From the NCBI GenBank assembly GCA_045593745.1, contig JAZNXF010000012.1, forward strand, positions 21,575-85,574: a stretch of DNA of 64,000 nucleotides, given 5' to 3'. Below the pieces are notes generated by a model. That model was not told the DNA's origin, did no database searches, and worked only from the letters and a program-made list of their open reading frames with translations. Source of the stretch: Elusimicrobiaceae bacterium (GTDB lineage: Bacteria > Elusimicrobiota > Elusimicrobia > Elusimicrobiales > Elusimicrobiaceae). Below are positions 38,523-47,597 of this stretch, piece by piece. A program made the translations under genes and the position numbers. Within the stretch, counting starts at the first letter, position 1; each line of letters opens with the position of its first letter.

Positions 38523-39107
38523 TTAATTCATTCTGACAAGTTTGGCTAAAATTTGGACGGAATCGTCGGCCGGGAACGGTTCATACTTGGCCTTATTATC
38601 CGATACCAAGCGGTAGTCGGGACCGTTTTCGGTGTTATATTGTCCAAGGCGCTTAATTTTAAGCCCATCCTCGCGGCGACACAATACCACACTACCCACA
38701 GCGGGTAACTCGCTCGTTTTACGGAACATCAGCATATCCCCATCACTAATAGTCGGCTCCATAGAATCGCCCTTGGCCTTAATAAAAAATAAATCCTGCG
38801 TAGGAGTCGGCAAAAACTTAGTGGGCATATTCACATAGTCCACAATGTTTTCCTCGGCAAAAATGTCCGTATCCCCGCATTGCGCAAATCCGTAAAAGGG
38901 GATGGGGGTAAACTCATCCACGGGCCTATGCGTGGCAATCAGCGCATGCCCTTTTCGCTCTAAAAAGTTCTCTTTAATCAGCTTGCGGATATGCACGTGC
39001 ACGGTGCTGACCGATTTCAAGCCAACCGCTTTAGCCAGTTCTGCCAAAGTGATTTGCGGGTTTTGTTGGACGAGTTCTAAAATTTGTTTTTGTTTTGCCG
39101 AAAGCAT
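38523..39107 (-). CDS. LexA/S24-family transcriptional repressor
   Basis: N-terminal wHTH, CG cleavage-site variant, KAKGDSM Ser motif and IKRL Lys; start at ATG 39107 after GGAG. Confidence 0.88.
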   Translation of the reverse strand: MLSAKQKQILELVQQNPQITLAELAKAVGLKSVSTVHVHIRKLIKENFLERKGHALIATHRPVDEFTPIPFYGFAQCGDTDIFAEENIVDYVNMPTKFLPTPTQDLFFIKAKGDSMEPTISDGDMLMFRKTSELPAVGSVVLCRREDGLKIKRLGQYNTENGPDYRLVSDNKAKYEPFPADDSVQILAKLVRMN

Positions 39108-39126
39108 AGTGTTCTCCAATACAAAC

Positions 39127-39206
39127 AGTATAACTCTTTTTACAAAAAGAGTCAATTTCTATTAAAAATAGAAAAAGTTGACATAAAATAGAAAATATGT
39201 TTTAAT
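39127..39206. promoter_or_regulatory. Divergent sigma70 promoters with operator-like palindromes
   Basis: Minus strand: TTGACT-17-TATACT (39155-39127). Plus strand: TTGACA-17-TTTAAT (39178-39206). Palindromes at 39133-39152 and 39156-39174. Confidence 0.7.
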
Positions 39207-39298
39207 GTAGCGTGGGTTTTGCAGTTACTGGCAAAAAATAAACTAACTCTAGAGGGATAACTATGGAAACAAATAAAACATAACATAAGGAGCAGTAT

Positions 39299-40354
39299 AT
39301 GAACGAAAGTGAAGTAAAAGAAGTAACCGCGCAAGCGGAGTCCACCGCACCCAAACAATACGAAGTAGGGTACGGTAAGCCACCCAAGAAAACCCAATTC
39401 AAACCCGGCCAAAGCGGTAACCCCAAAGGCCGCACCAAGGGCAGTAAAAACGGTATCTACACCTATATCCAGCGCGAATTAAACTCGTCCATCACGCTTA
39501 CGGACGGCTCTAAAATTACCAAGGAACAGGGTTTTGCAAGGCAGTTAACCAACAAAGCCCTGCGCGGCGATATCCAAAGCCAAAAGTTGCTATTTAACAT
39601 CCACCAAAAAGGCCAGCGCAAGGATAAGGCCGAACTGTTTATGGGCCGCCTGATTAAAGAGGGGTATGTGACGGAAGAAATGATAGATAATTTCCTCTAT
39701 CATAATAAGATTATATCCTCTGCCAAACCGTGCGACCCGATGAAGTGCGATTTGAACTTGAATGCTATGTTTAAGCAGATAGGTGGCCGGAAAGCATTTG
39801 GCGGCGCACTTATTCTGTCGGACTTATTATGCACGTATGCGTGCCTTGCCATTTTGGAAAACCTTTGGGAAGAAATATCCCAAGAGTATGCCTATTGGCA
39901 AGGGGTAGATGACGCTACCGCTAACCTTGCCGAAGAACAAAAGGCAACGCTCTATCAAACATTAGCCGCAAACCGCTCTATGATGCGAATTACGGACGAA
40001 GAGTACGAACAAATCCAAAAAGTAATAGAGTTAGTGCGTATTGGGTTTATGCGGCAATTTAAGGAGTATATGTACCTAATGGCAGAGAAAAGCGAGTATG
40101 CCACCGTGGAATGGGAATTTAAGCGCGGTGACATGTTGACCCAAGCGTTAAAAAAGACGCATTTCCCAAGCGAAATAGAAAGTTTAAATGAGAGTTTTGA
40201 GCATTTTAAGAATGCATACGAAACCGCTCAGATGTTGCCCGACGCCAAACAATGTGAGAAGTACATTGATGATCTAGGCATTAGCGAAGATGAAGCCATG
40301 CACACAATCAAGGAACTATTATTGCCATTGCTATCTAATCAGCGTGAAGGATAA
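39299..40354 (+). CDS. DUF5681-domain protein
   Basis: YEVGYGKPPKKTQFKPGQSGNPKGR. Confidence 0.75.
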   Translation: MNESEVKEVTAQAESTAPKQYEVGYGKPPKKTQFKPGQSGNPKGRTKGSKNGIYTYIQRELNSSITLTDGSKITKEQGFARQLTNKALRGDIQSQKLLFNIHQKGQRKDKAELFMGRLIKEGYVTEEMIDNFLYHNKIISSAKPCDPMKCDLNLNAMFKQIGGRKAFGGALILSDLLCTYACLAILENLWEEISQEYAYWQGVDDATANLAEEQKATLYQTLAANRSMMRITDEEYEQIQKVIELVRIGFMRQFKEYMYLMAEKSEYATVEWEFKRGDMLTQALKKTHFPSEIESLNESFEHFKNAYETAQMLPDAKQCEKYIDDLGISEDEAMHTIKELLLPLLSNQREG

Positions 40355-40667
40355 ATTCTTCGCCTTTGATTACTTCCGCGTGGTCCGATAGATTGTATTC
40401 CTCAACTTTCCAACATCGTATGGTTTTGCGGTTACAGTCAATCTCGTACCAATAGTCAATGTCCGTGTGGACTTGGTAGGCGATTTCATACTTATCATTT
40501 ATATCTTTTACAAGATTATTGATGAGGATATTCTCGTCCCAAGTGTTGAGTTGGTTGCGGCGCTTTATTAAATCGCGACCCACTCCTTTTGGGTAACCGT
40601 CGTAACGGTGGTACAGTAAAATCTCCTGACGAAGGTAAGTTATTTTGATTTGGCATCTTGTACTCAT
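40335..40667 (-). CDS. Phage/ICE-type hypothetical protein
   Basis: MSTRCQI...LYHRYDGYPKGVG motif; GGAG RBS before ATG 40667. Confidence 0.65.
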   Translation of the reverse strand: MSTRCQIKITYLRQEILLYHRYDGYPKGVGRDLIKRRNQLNTWDENILINNLVKDINDKYEIAYQVHTDIDYWYEIDCNRKTIRCWKVEEYNLSDHAEVIKGEEFILHAD

Positions 40668-40869
40668 ACTTTCTCTCTCCTGTAAGAAGTGTTTTGTGGC
40701 TTCTGCCGTATACACATTCACGCTTCTTATAGGGAGAGAAGTCAAGTGAAATATAAGGGAAATTGTATTTCAAAACCATCGACGTGATTTGCATTTATAG
40801 AAATCTATTTAGTATAGTAGTTCTAGGACGAAGTTATTGACGAAAAGGTAGTTACTAAGGATTATAAAA

Positions 40870-43821
40870 TTGCGATCATTTACCCAAGCACGCTATTTAG
40901 CTCACTTGCTTACATTGCAAAACCCAGCAAATTCAGTAAGCAAACTCGGTCGGTCTGTACTCAATTCCACCATTGATTTGACTCCACACCAAATAGACGC
41001 GGCTTTATTTGCATTCCAAAACCCACTTTCCAAAGGTGCAATTTTAGCTGATGAAGTAGGCCTCGGTAAAACAATTGAGGCGGGGCTTGTTATTAGTCAA
41101 CTATGGGCCGAGAATAAACGAAAAATTCTTTGCATTACTCCTGCGTCTATTCGTAAACAATGGCAAAGTGAGTTGAAAGACAAATTTTTTATTGATTCTG
41201 TTATTTTAGATACCAAAACCTACAAGCAACTTCAAAAAGAAGGACAGGAATTCCCTTTTGAACAAAAAGACAAAGTAGTGATTTGTTCTTACCAATACGC
41301 ACGTCGCATGGAGCGAGAGTTGGAATACATTTCATGGGCCCTTGTGGTTATTGATGAAGCGCACCGTTTGCGCAATGTATATCGTTCGGATAATAAAATT
41401 GCTCGTTCCATCCAGGAATCTACGGGATTAGCAAAAAAGAAACTCCTTCTTACGGCTACCCCTTTGCAGAACTCATTACTGGAACTTTATGGGCTTGTTA
41501 GTTTTGTGGATGACCGTATTTTTGGCAACTTAGAATCTTTCAAATCACAATTTATTCAACGATCAGATGCTTTTGACCAAGATATTTCTTTAGCAAATTT
41601 TGCAGGGAATACTGAGGCCGAATGTCGTGCCGATCGTTTATTTAAGGAAATCAAAAAACGTATTGCACCTGTAGCTCATCGTACATTACGTCGCCAAGTA
41701 CAGCAATATGTTAAATATACCAACCGAGAATCACGCACTTTTGATTTTACTCCATCCAAGCAAGAAATGGATTTATATGAAAAAGTATCGGAGTATTTAC
41801 GTTCAGATTCTTCCATCGGGGTTTCTAGTCGCAATAACCAACTTTTGGTATTAGTAATTCGTAAGATTTTAGCATCTTCATCTTTTGCTATTTCCGACAC
41901 GCTTGGCAAATTAATTGAGCGTCTGAAAAAAATACAAGAAACCGAGTATCCGGAACCCGATATAGATATAACTTCCGATTATGAAGATTATGATGACATG
42001 GAAGATGATTGGGCTGAATCTGGTGATCCACAGGCGGGATTTGGATATCCTACTTTTAAACCTAAAGAATGGACCTTACGAGAACGGAATGATTTTCACC
42101 AAAAATTAACCGCAGAAATCAAAATGTTAGAAGATTACCGCAAATTGGCTCAAAGTATTACGGAAAACGCCAAAGGAAATGCTTTACTGCAAGGGATTGA
42201 ATTTGCTTTTCAGAAAGCCAAACGTTTAGGTAGTCCCCGCAAAGTTTTGGTATTTACGGAAAGCAAACGTACGCAGCAATATCTAAAGGAATTACTCAAT
42301 AAAAATGGTCTGGGAGACAAAACGCTTACGCTCAATGGTACCAATACAGACCCTGCTAGCAAAGCCGTTCTAAAAAAATGGCGAGAAGCCCATAAAACGG
42401 ATGGAAAAGTAACAGGCATTATATCAGCTGATACACGTGCCGCTATTATTGAAGAATTTCAGGAACGGGCAGAGATCTTATTGGCTACAGAGTCTGGCGC
42501 AGAAGGTCTCAATATGCAATTTTGCAACGTAGTAATCAATTATGATTTGCCATGGAACCCCCAACGGGTGGAACAGCGTATTGGGCGTTGCCATCGTTAC
42601 GGGCAAAAATATGATGTGGTGGTAATCAATTTCTTAAATACCGTCAATGCCGCCGATCGGCGCGTATTAGAACTTTTACGTGATAAATTAAATCTTTTTG
42701 ACGGCGTTTTTGGCTCTTCGGACCCGGTGTTAGGGGCATTAGAATCCGGTGTAGATATAGAAAAATCCATTGGTACTATTTTCCAAAAATGCCGTTCCAA
42801 AGATGAAATTGAAAAAGCATTTGATGAATTGCAAACTCAACTAAGCGATACTATTTCAAAAGCCACTAACCAAGCCCAAATCAAATTATTTGATAACTTT
42901 GACGAGGATGTGCAAAAGCGTATCAAAGGTATCTCCATGGATACGCTTACAGAGTACGATGGTTATTTGTTATCCTTCTTGCGTTCTGCTCTTGGAAAAG
43001 GATTTTCTTACGATAAATCTACCCAAACAGTACGTTTGTCTTCTACAGCATCGTTTTGGGATAAAGAATGGAATGGTATTTACAGTTTAAAGGGCTCTTT
43101 AGTTAGCACTCGTCCTCTGCACCTTAACTTGCCGGCTATGCAGTCCTTACTAACCTATGTTAAACAACGCCCTTCCACGGAAGAACAACTAACCTTTGAC
43201 TATACCCATAGCGGTAAAAATGTGGCTATGGTAAAGAGTTTATTGGGCAAAAGTGGGTATATACGGGTTAGCAAGATGTCTGTTACAGCACTAGACACTA
43301 CCGAGTATTTGATTTATTCCATATGTACAGATGATGGAAAGCCACTAAGCGAAGAATATGCTGAAAAACTGCTTCAAATTCCGGCCACAGATGCCGAACC
43401 GATACAAATTAGTGATAAAACCCATCATACGCTAAAAAATAGCGCGGAAGGCCGCAAAAAACAGATTTTAGACACTCTGTCCAAAGAAAATAACGATTAT
43501 TACGACAAAGAGATGGAGAAATTAGACCAATGGGCAGATGACCTCAAAAATGATTTAATGAGAGAGCTTGAGTTTTTGGAACGGGAAATAAGAGCCCTTA
43601 GAAGAGAAGCCCGCGAAGCAATGATACTTGAAAAGAAACTGGAACTGGGCCGTCAACAAAAAGAAAAAGAGGACTTGCGTAAAAAGAAACGGGCCCGCTT
43701 GTTTGACGAACAAGACGAAATTTCCAATAAAAAAGACCAAATTTTAGATGAACTGCAACAACGCTTACACAACAACGTAGAAGAAACCGAACTTTTCACT
43801 ATTGGGTGGAAAGTGGTGTAA
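40870..43821 (+). CDS. SNF2-family helicase associated with Type III R-M
   Basis: LADEVGLGKT, DEAH, LLTATP, GAEGLNMQ, LPWNPQRVEQRIGR; C-terminal coiled coil. Confidence 0.9.
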   Translation: MRSFTQARYLAHLLTLQNPANSVSKLGRSVLNSTIDLTPHQIDAALFAFQNPLSKGAILADEVGLGKTIEAGLVISQLWAENKRKILCITPASIRKQWQSELKDKFFIDSVILDTKTYKQLQKEGQEFPFEQKDKVVICSYQYARRMERELEYISWALVVIDEAHRLRNVYRSDNKIARSIQESTGLAKKKLLLTATPLQNSLLELYGLVSFVDDRIFGNLESFKSQFIQRSDAFDQDISLANFAGNTEAECRADRLFKEIKKRIAPVAHRTLRRQVQQYVKYTNRESRTFDFTPSKQEMDLYEKVSEYLRSDSSIGVSSRNNQLLVLVIRKILASSSFAISDTLGKLIERLKKIQETEYPEPDIDITSDYEDYDDMEDDWAESGDPQAGFGYPTFKPKEWTLRERNDFHQKLTAEIKMLEDYRKLAQSITENAKGNALLQGIEFAFQKAKRLGSPRKVLVFTESKRTQQYLKELLNKNGLGDKTLTLNGTNTDPASKAVLKKWREAHKTDGKVTGIISADTRAAIIEEFQERAEILLATESGAEGLNMQFCNVVINYDLPWNPQRVEQRIGRCHRYGQKYDVVVINFLNTVNAADRRVLELLRDKLNLFDGVFGSSDPVLGALESGVDIEKSIGTIFQKCRSKDEIEKAFDELQTQLSDTISKATNQAQIKLFDNFDEDVQKRIKGISMDTLTEYDGYLLSFLRSALGKGFSYDKSTQTVRLSSTASFWDKEWNGIYSLKGSLVSTRPLHLNLPAMQSLLTYVKQRPSTEEQLTFDYTHSGKNVAMVKSLLGKSGYIRVSKMSVTALDTTEYLIYSICTDDGKPLSEEYAEKLLQIPATDAEPIQISDKTHHTLKNSAEGRKKQILDTLSKENNDYYDKEMEKLDQWADDLKNDLMRELEFLEREIRALRREAREAMILEKKLELGRQQKEKEDLRKKKRARLFDEQDEISNKKDQILDELQQRLHNNVEETELFTIGWKVV

Positions 43822-43832
43822 GGAGAATATAT

Positions 43833-44855
43833 ATGGAAATTGAAACTGATTTACATTACTATGGACAAGGATCCTCGATACTAGCTGTTACACGCGATGA
43901 ATGCTCAAGTAGCTACGCTCAACTTTTATCGGATATTGCTACGGCCTTATACCCCGATTTGGAATTTGCAATTGAATATCTTCCCTCGCAAAAAGGAAGT
44001 TTTTTGGATAGGATCGTCTTTAGAAATGCACCAAAAGAATTTAAAAAATCGCCTATTGTAGTAACGAGTTCTGTAATTACTACAATTACCACCGTTGCAG
44101 CACTATTTATGCAAATGAGCTACGCCGATGCTAGAAAAGCAACAAAGGCAGATAGAATCGCCACCTGCATTGATATTTACACAGGCACGCAAAAACAAAT
44201 TCAAGAACACAATACTGATAATCCTGAAGATCCAATAATAGTAGACGACGGGCAACTACAAAAAGCATGCGGAGATATCATAAAAAAACGCAAAAACAAG
44301 TTTTATAAAGGGCTTATGACGGATCCGAACATTCAAAAGCATGAAATTGAAGTCAAAAAGCAAGGGAAACCGTTACTGTATTCTGTAGAACGAAAAGATT
44401 TTGTAAATTATATAGAAGATTTGAAGGATACAAATATTCTCCCCATCCATGAAATACGTAAAGTTAGGGTAGAAGCTCCTGTGATTGTAAATGATGACAA
44501 AATTTGGCGAGCTAGCGATTGGGAAACAGATGAAAATCTTAATTTTTATCTCAAAGACCATAATTTCAGAAGTCAATTTTTGGCTGGATTCTATCCTGTA
44601 AAAACTAGCAAAAAGGACGATTTGTTAATTGGTTTATTTGAATTTAAAAGGAAGCAAAATAAAGATGGTAAAATAAAAATAACGAAGAAAAGTGTGATTG
44701 ATGTTTTTCAGTATCAGGATCATAAAATCAAAGATATACCTGAAAACTTGAAGCAATATTTGCCAAAAGAAGACACTTTTGTGGCTGGGGAAGATGAATT
44801 ATTTCCTCATTACAATTTTAAAGAAGCTATAAAGGAAAAAGGCGATGACAAGTAA
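43833..44855 (+). CDS. Hypothetical protein embedded in the R-M operon
   Basis: GGAG RBS; overlaps the start of mod; no recognised motif. Confidence 0.7.
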   Translation: MEIETDLHYYGQGSSILAVTRDECSSSYAQLLSDIATALYPDLEFAIEYLPSQKGSFLDRIVFRNAPKEFKKSPIVVTSSVITTITTVAALFMQMSYADARKATKADRIATCIDIYTGTQKQIQEHNTDNPEDPIIVDDGQLQKACGDIIKKRKNKFYKGLMTDPNIQKHEIEVKKQGKPLLYSVERKDFVNYIEDLKDTNILPIHEIRKVRVEAPVIVNDDKIWRASDWETDENLNFYLKDHNFRSQFLAGFYPVKTSKKDDLLIGLFEFKRKQNKDGKIKITKKSVIDVFQYQDHKIKDIPENLKQYLPKEDTFVAGEDELFPHYNFKEAIKEKGDDK

Positions 44856-46593
44856 ACAAAAGTTGGAACTCACGTGGATTGGGAAAGATAAAACTATTAA
44901 AGTGGAGCCGCGGATTTTAATACATGATCCGTCTAAGGATTATGGGGATAAAAACACCGATAATATGCTTATTTTTGGGGATAACTTATTGGCCCTTAAA
45001 GCATTAGAGCAAGAATATGCCGGCAAAGTAAAATGCATCTACATTGATCCACCCTATAACACCGGTTCCGCTTTTGAACATTATGATGACAATTTGGAAC
45101 ATTCTATTTGGCTTTCGCTGATGAAAGAAAGAATTGTTATCTTAAGGAATTTGCTGGCAGATACGGGCTCAATATGGATACAAATTGATGACGAGGAGCA
45201 AGCATACTTAAAAGTATTATGCGATGAAATATTCGGAAGAGGGAATTTCATAAATATGATTTCCGTTAATATGAAGAATATTGCGGGGGCTTCTGGCGGG
45301 GGCGAAGATAAAAGGATTAAAAAAAATGTGGAGTATATTCTAATATATGCTAAAGATTATAATCAGATCCGCCCATTTGTACCCGCATATTCATATACCC
45401 CCATTATTAAGATGGTAGAAGACTATAGGTTGGAAGGAAAAAGTTGGAAATATACTACAGCATTATTGGATCCCGGTGAAAAGATATATGTGGGCTCTAC
45501 ATTAGATGGGGATGGAAATGAAATTAAAATATATAAACGAATAAATTATATTATTAAGCCGATTAGTGCTCTTATGCGTGAGCACAATTTATCTGAAGAG
45601 CAAGTCTATGCACAATTTGCGAAATATTGTTTTCAGACTGCTATGCCACAGAGCTCCATTAGACCCAGAATAATGGCAAAGGTTCAAGAGATAGGGATTG
45701 AAAGTGATTTGTATTCTGTAGATTACGTTCCCAAAACTGGTAGAAATAAAGGACAACATTATGAACAATTCTACAAAGGAGAATCATTCAGATTATTTGC
45801 TTGGTTAAAAGATGTTTCAGAAGAAATAGATGGAAAAATATATAAACGTAATCTGCAAGGTACATACTGGGATTTCGTAGGAGAAACTAAAAATTTAACA
45901 AAGGAAGGAGATGTTGAATTCCCAAATGGTAAAAAAGCGGAAGCGTTAATTAGTAGAATTGTCTCTATGGCTACACAACCGGGGGAGCTTATATTGGACT
46001 CCTTCCTCGGCTCGGGTACAACAGCGGCTGTGGCGCATAAAATGGGGCGTAAATACATTGGCATTGAACTGGGGGAGCATTGCCATACCCATTGTATTCC
46101 GCGTTTACAACAAGTAATTGACGGCACAGACCAAGGTGGTATATCCAAAACTGTTGGCTGGAAAGGCGGCGGAGGTTTCAAATACTACTATTTAGCCCCT
46201 AGCTTACTCAACAAAGACAAATACGGCCAATATGTAATTTCCAAAGAATACAATGCCGATATGTTAGCTGCTGCTATGGCCAAGCACGAAGGGTTTTTAT
46301 ACGCCCCGGACCAAGACCAATTTTGGAAACAAGGCAAAAGCAGTGAAAATGATTATATCTACACTACCACCAATCACGTGGGAGCGGATGTATTAGCCGC
46401 TATTGCCGGAGAAATGAAAGATGACGAAAGTTTGCTCATCTGCTGCAAAAGTTTTGATGCGGGGGTAGCCAATGGGTACAGCAACATTACAGTTAAAAAG
46501 ATTCCGGGTGCTATTTTAGGCAGTTGTGAATTTGACAAAGCCAACTACAACCTAAACATCATCAACCCACCTGTCATAGATGAAGAAGAATAA
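44845..46593 (+). CDS. mod: Type III R-M methyltransferase subunit (N6-adenine)
   Basis: GDNLLAL, IYIDPPYNTG, DSFLGSGTT. Confidence 0.92.
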   Translation: MTSKQKLELTWIGKDKTIKVEPRILIHDPSKDYGDKNTDNMLIFGDNLLALKALEQEYAGKVKCIYIDPPYNTGSAFEHYDDNLEHSIWLSLMKERIVILRNLLADTGSIWIQIDDEEQAYLKVLCDEIFGRGNFINMISVNMKNIAGASGGGEDKRIKKNVEYILIYAKDYNQIRPFVPAYSYTPIIKMVEDYRLEGKSWKYTTALLDPGEKIYVGSTLDGDGNEIKIYKRINYIIKPISALMREHNLSEEQVYAQFAKYCFQTAMPQSSIRPRIMAKVQEIGIESDLYSVDYVPKTGRNKGQHYEQFYKGESFRLFAWLKDVSEEIDGKIYKRNLQGTYWDFVGETKNLTKEGDVEFPNGKKAEALISRIVSMATQPGELILDSFLGSGTTAAVAHKMGRKYIGIELGEHCHTHCIPRLQQVIDGTDQGGISKTVGWKGGGGFKYYYLAPSLLNKDKYGQYVISKEYNADMLAAAMAKHEGFLYAPDQDQFWKQGKSSENDYIYTTTNHVGADVLAAIAGEMKDDESLLICCKSFDAGVANGYSNITVKKIPGAILGSCEFDKANYNLNIINPPVIDEEE

Positions 46594-46604
46594 GGAGTTG
46601 AAAT

Positions 46605-47594
46605 ATGGATGAAATTGTTATCTTAATTCAGGAAATTGAACAAAATATTCAATTTAAGAAAGTTTTTTTAAAACGGAATATTTTTTCTGACATAATTAAG
46701 TTCCTAAAAGAACAACAAATGTTTTTAGTGAGAAGTTTAAATGCTCGGAATAGGGAGCCATTGCTTGGGCAAGTAAAGTTACTTTTGCAACAAATCAGTG
46801 AGCAGGTAAAAGAATACAATTCTTTGGAATCTACGGCTGAAATTTTTATTTTAATTCAACCTTTTTCACAAGTATTAACTTTAGTATATAGTTTGTTTCC
46901 TGCTCGCGAACAAGAAACAATTGATAGATTGATGTTGGAACTAAAGCATTTCTCTGTATTTTTGCTGAACACTAGTGAAAGAAGAATAGATGATATGAGA
47001 AGCGCACTAGCTAAGGAAATTGAAGAACGTAAAAAAACCCATCGGACCTATAATGTCCAATTTGAAAGTGCCAAACAACAACTTCAAGAAACTCAAAATT
47101 TACTAGCAACCAAAAGTGCGGATATTTTAATTCAAAATTATGAAGAAACTGCCCGCGAAGAAAAACAACGTGCAAAATATCTTTTTTGGTGGGGAATTAG
47201 TACCATTTTTGTTGGTATATTAGCTGTTTCATTATTATTTGCAGATTGCTTTAGAGAATTGACCCGCTCTTTATCTTGGGAACATTTTTTATTTAAAGCA
47301 AGTATTTTTATTATGTTCTTAATACCGGCTATTTATATGTTAAAAGAATCCGCCAAACGGGAAGAGCACTATTTTAAATTAACAGATTTGTCTTTAAAAA
47401 TACGAACTATCCCTAATTACTTAAAAGATATTCCCAATATGCCTGCGCAACATTTGTCAGAGAAAGATAATGTCCGTTTGGAATTAGCAAAAGTTATTTT
47501 TGGATACAATATTACTGCTCCTATGTCTAAAGTGAATGACGAGACCATAGAAGAGCTTATTAATTTACTGCGGTTGGCAATGAAAGGAAAATAA
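46605..47594 (+). CDS. Coiled-coil, 2-TM membrane protein embedded in the R-M operon
   Basis: Helical N-terminal region, two TM segments near residues 190-250; located between mod and res. Confidence 0.7.
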   Translation: MDEIVILIQEIEQNIQFKKVFLKRNIFSDIIKFLKEQQMFLVRSLNARNREPLLGQVKLLLQQISEQVKEYNSLESTAEIFILIQPFSQVLTLVYSLFPAREQETIDRLMLELKHFSVFLLNTSERRIDDMRSALAKEIEERKKTHRTYNVQFESAKQQLQETQNLLATKSADILIQNYEETAREEKQRAKYLFWWGISTIFVGILAVSLLFADCFRELTRSLSWEHFLFKASIFIMFLIPAIYMLKESAKREEHYFKLTDLSLKIRTIPNYLKDIPNMPAQHLSEKDNVRLELAKVIFGYNITAPMSKVNDETIEELINLLRLAMKGK

Positions 47595-47597
47595 CCT

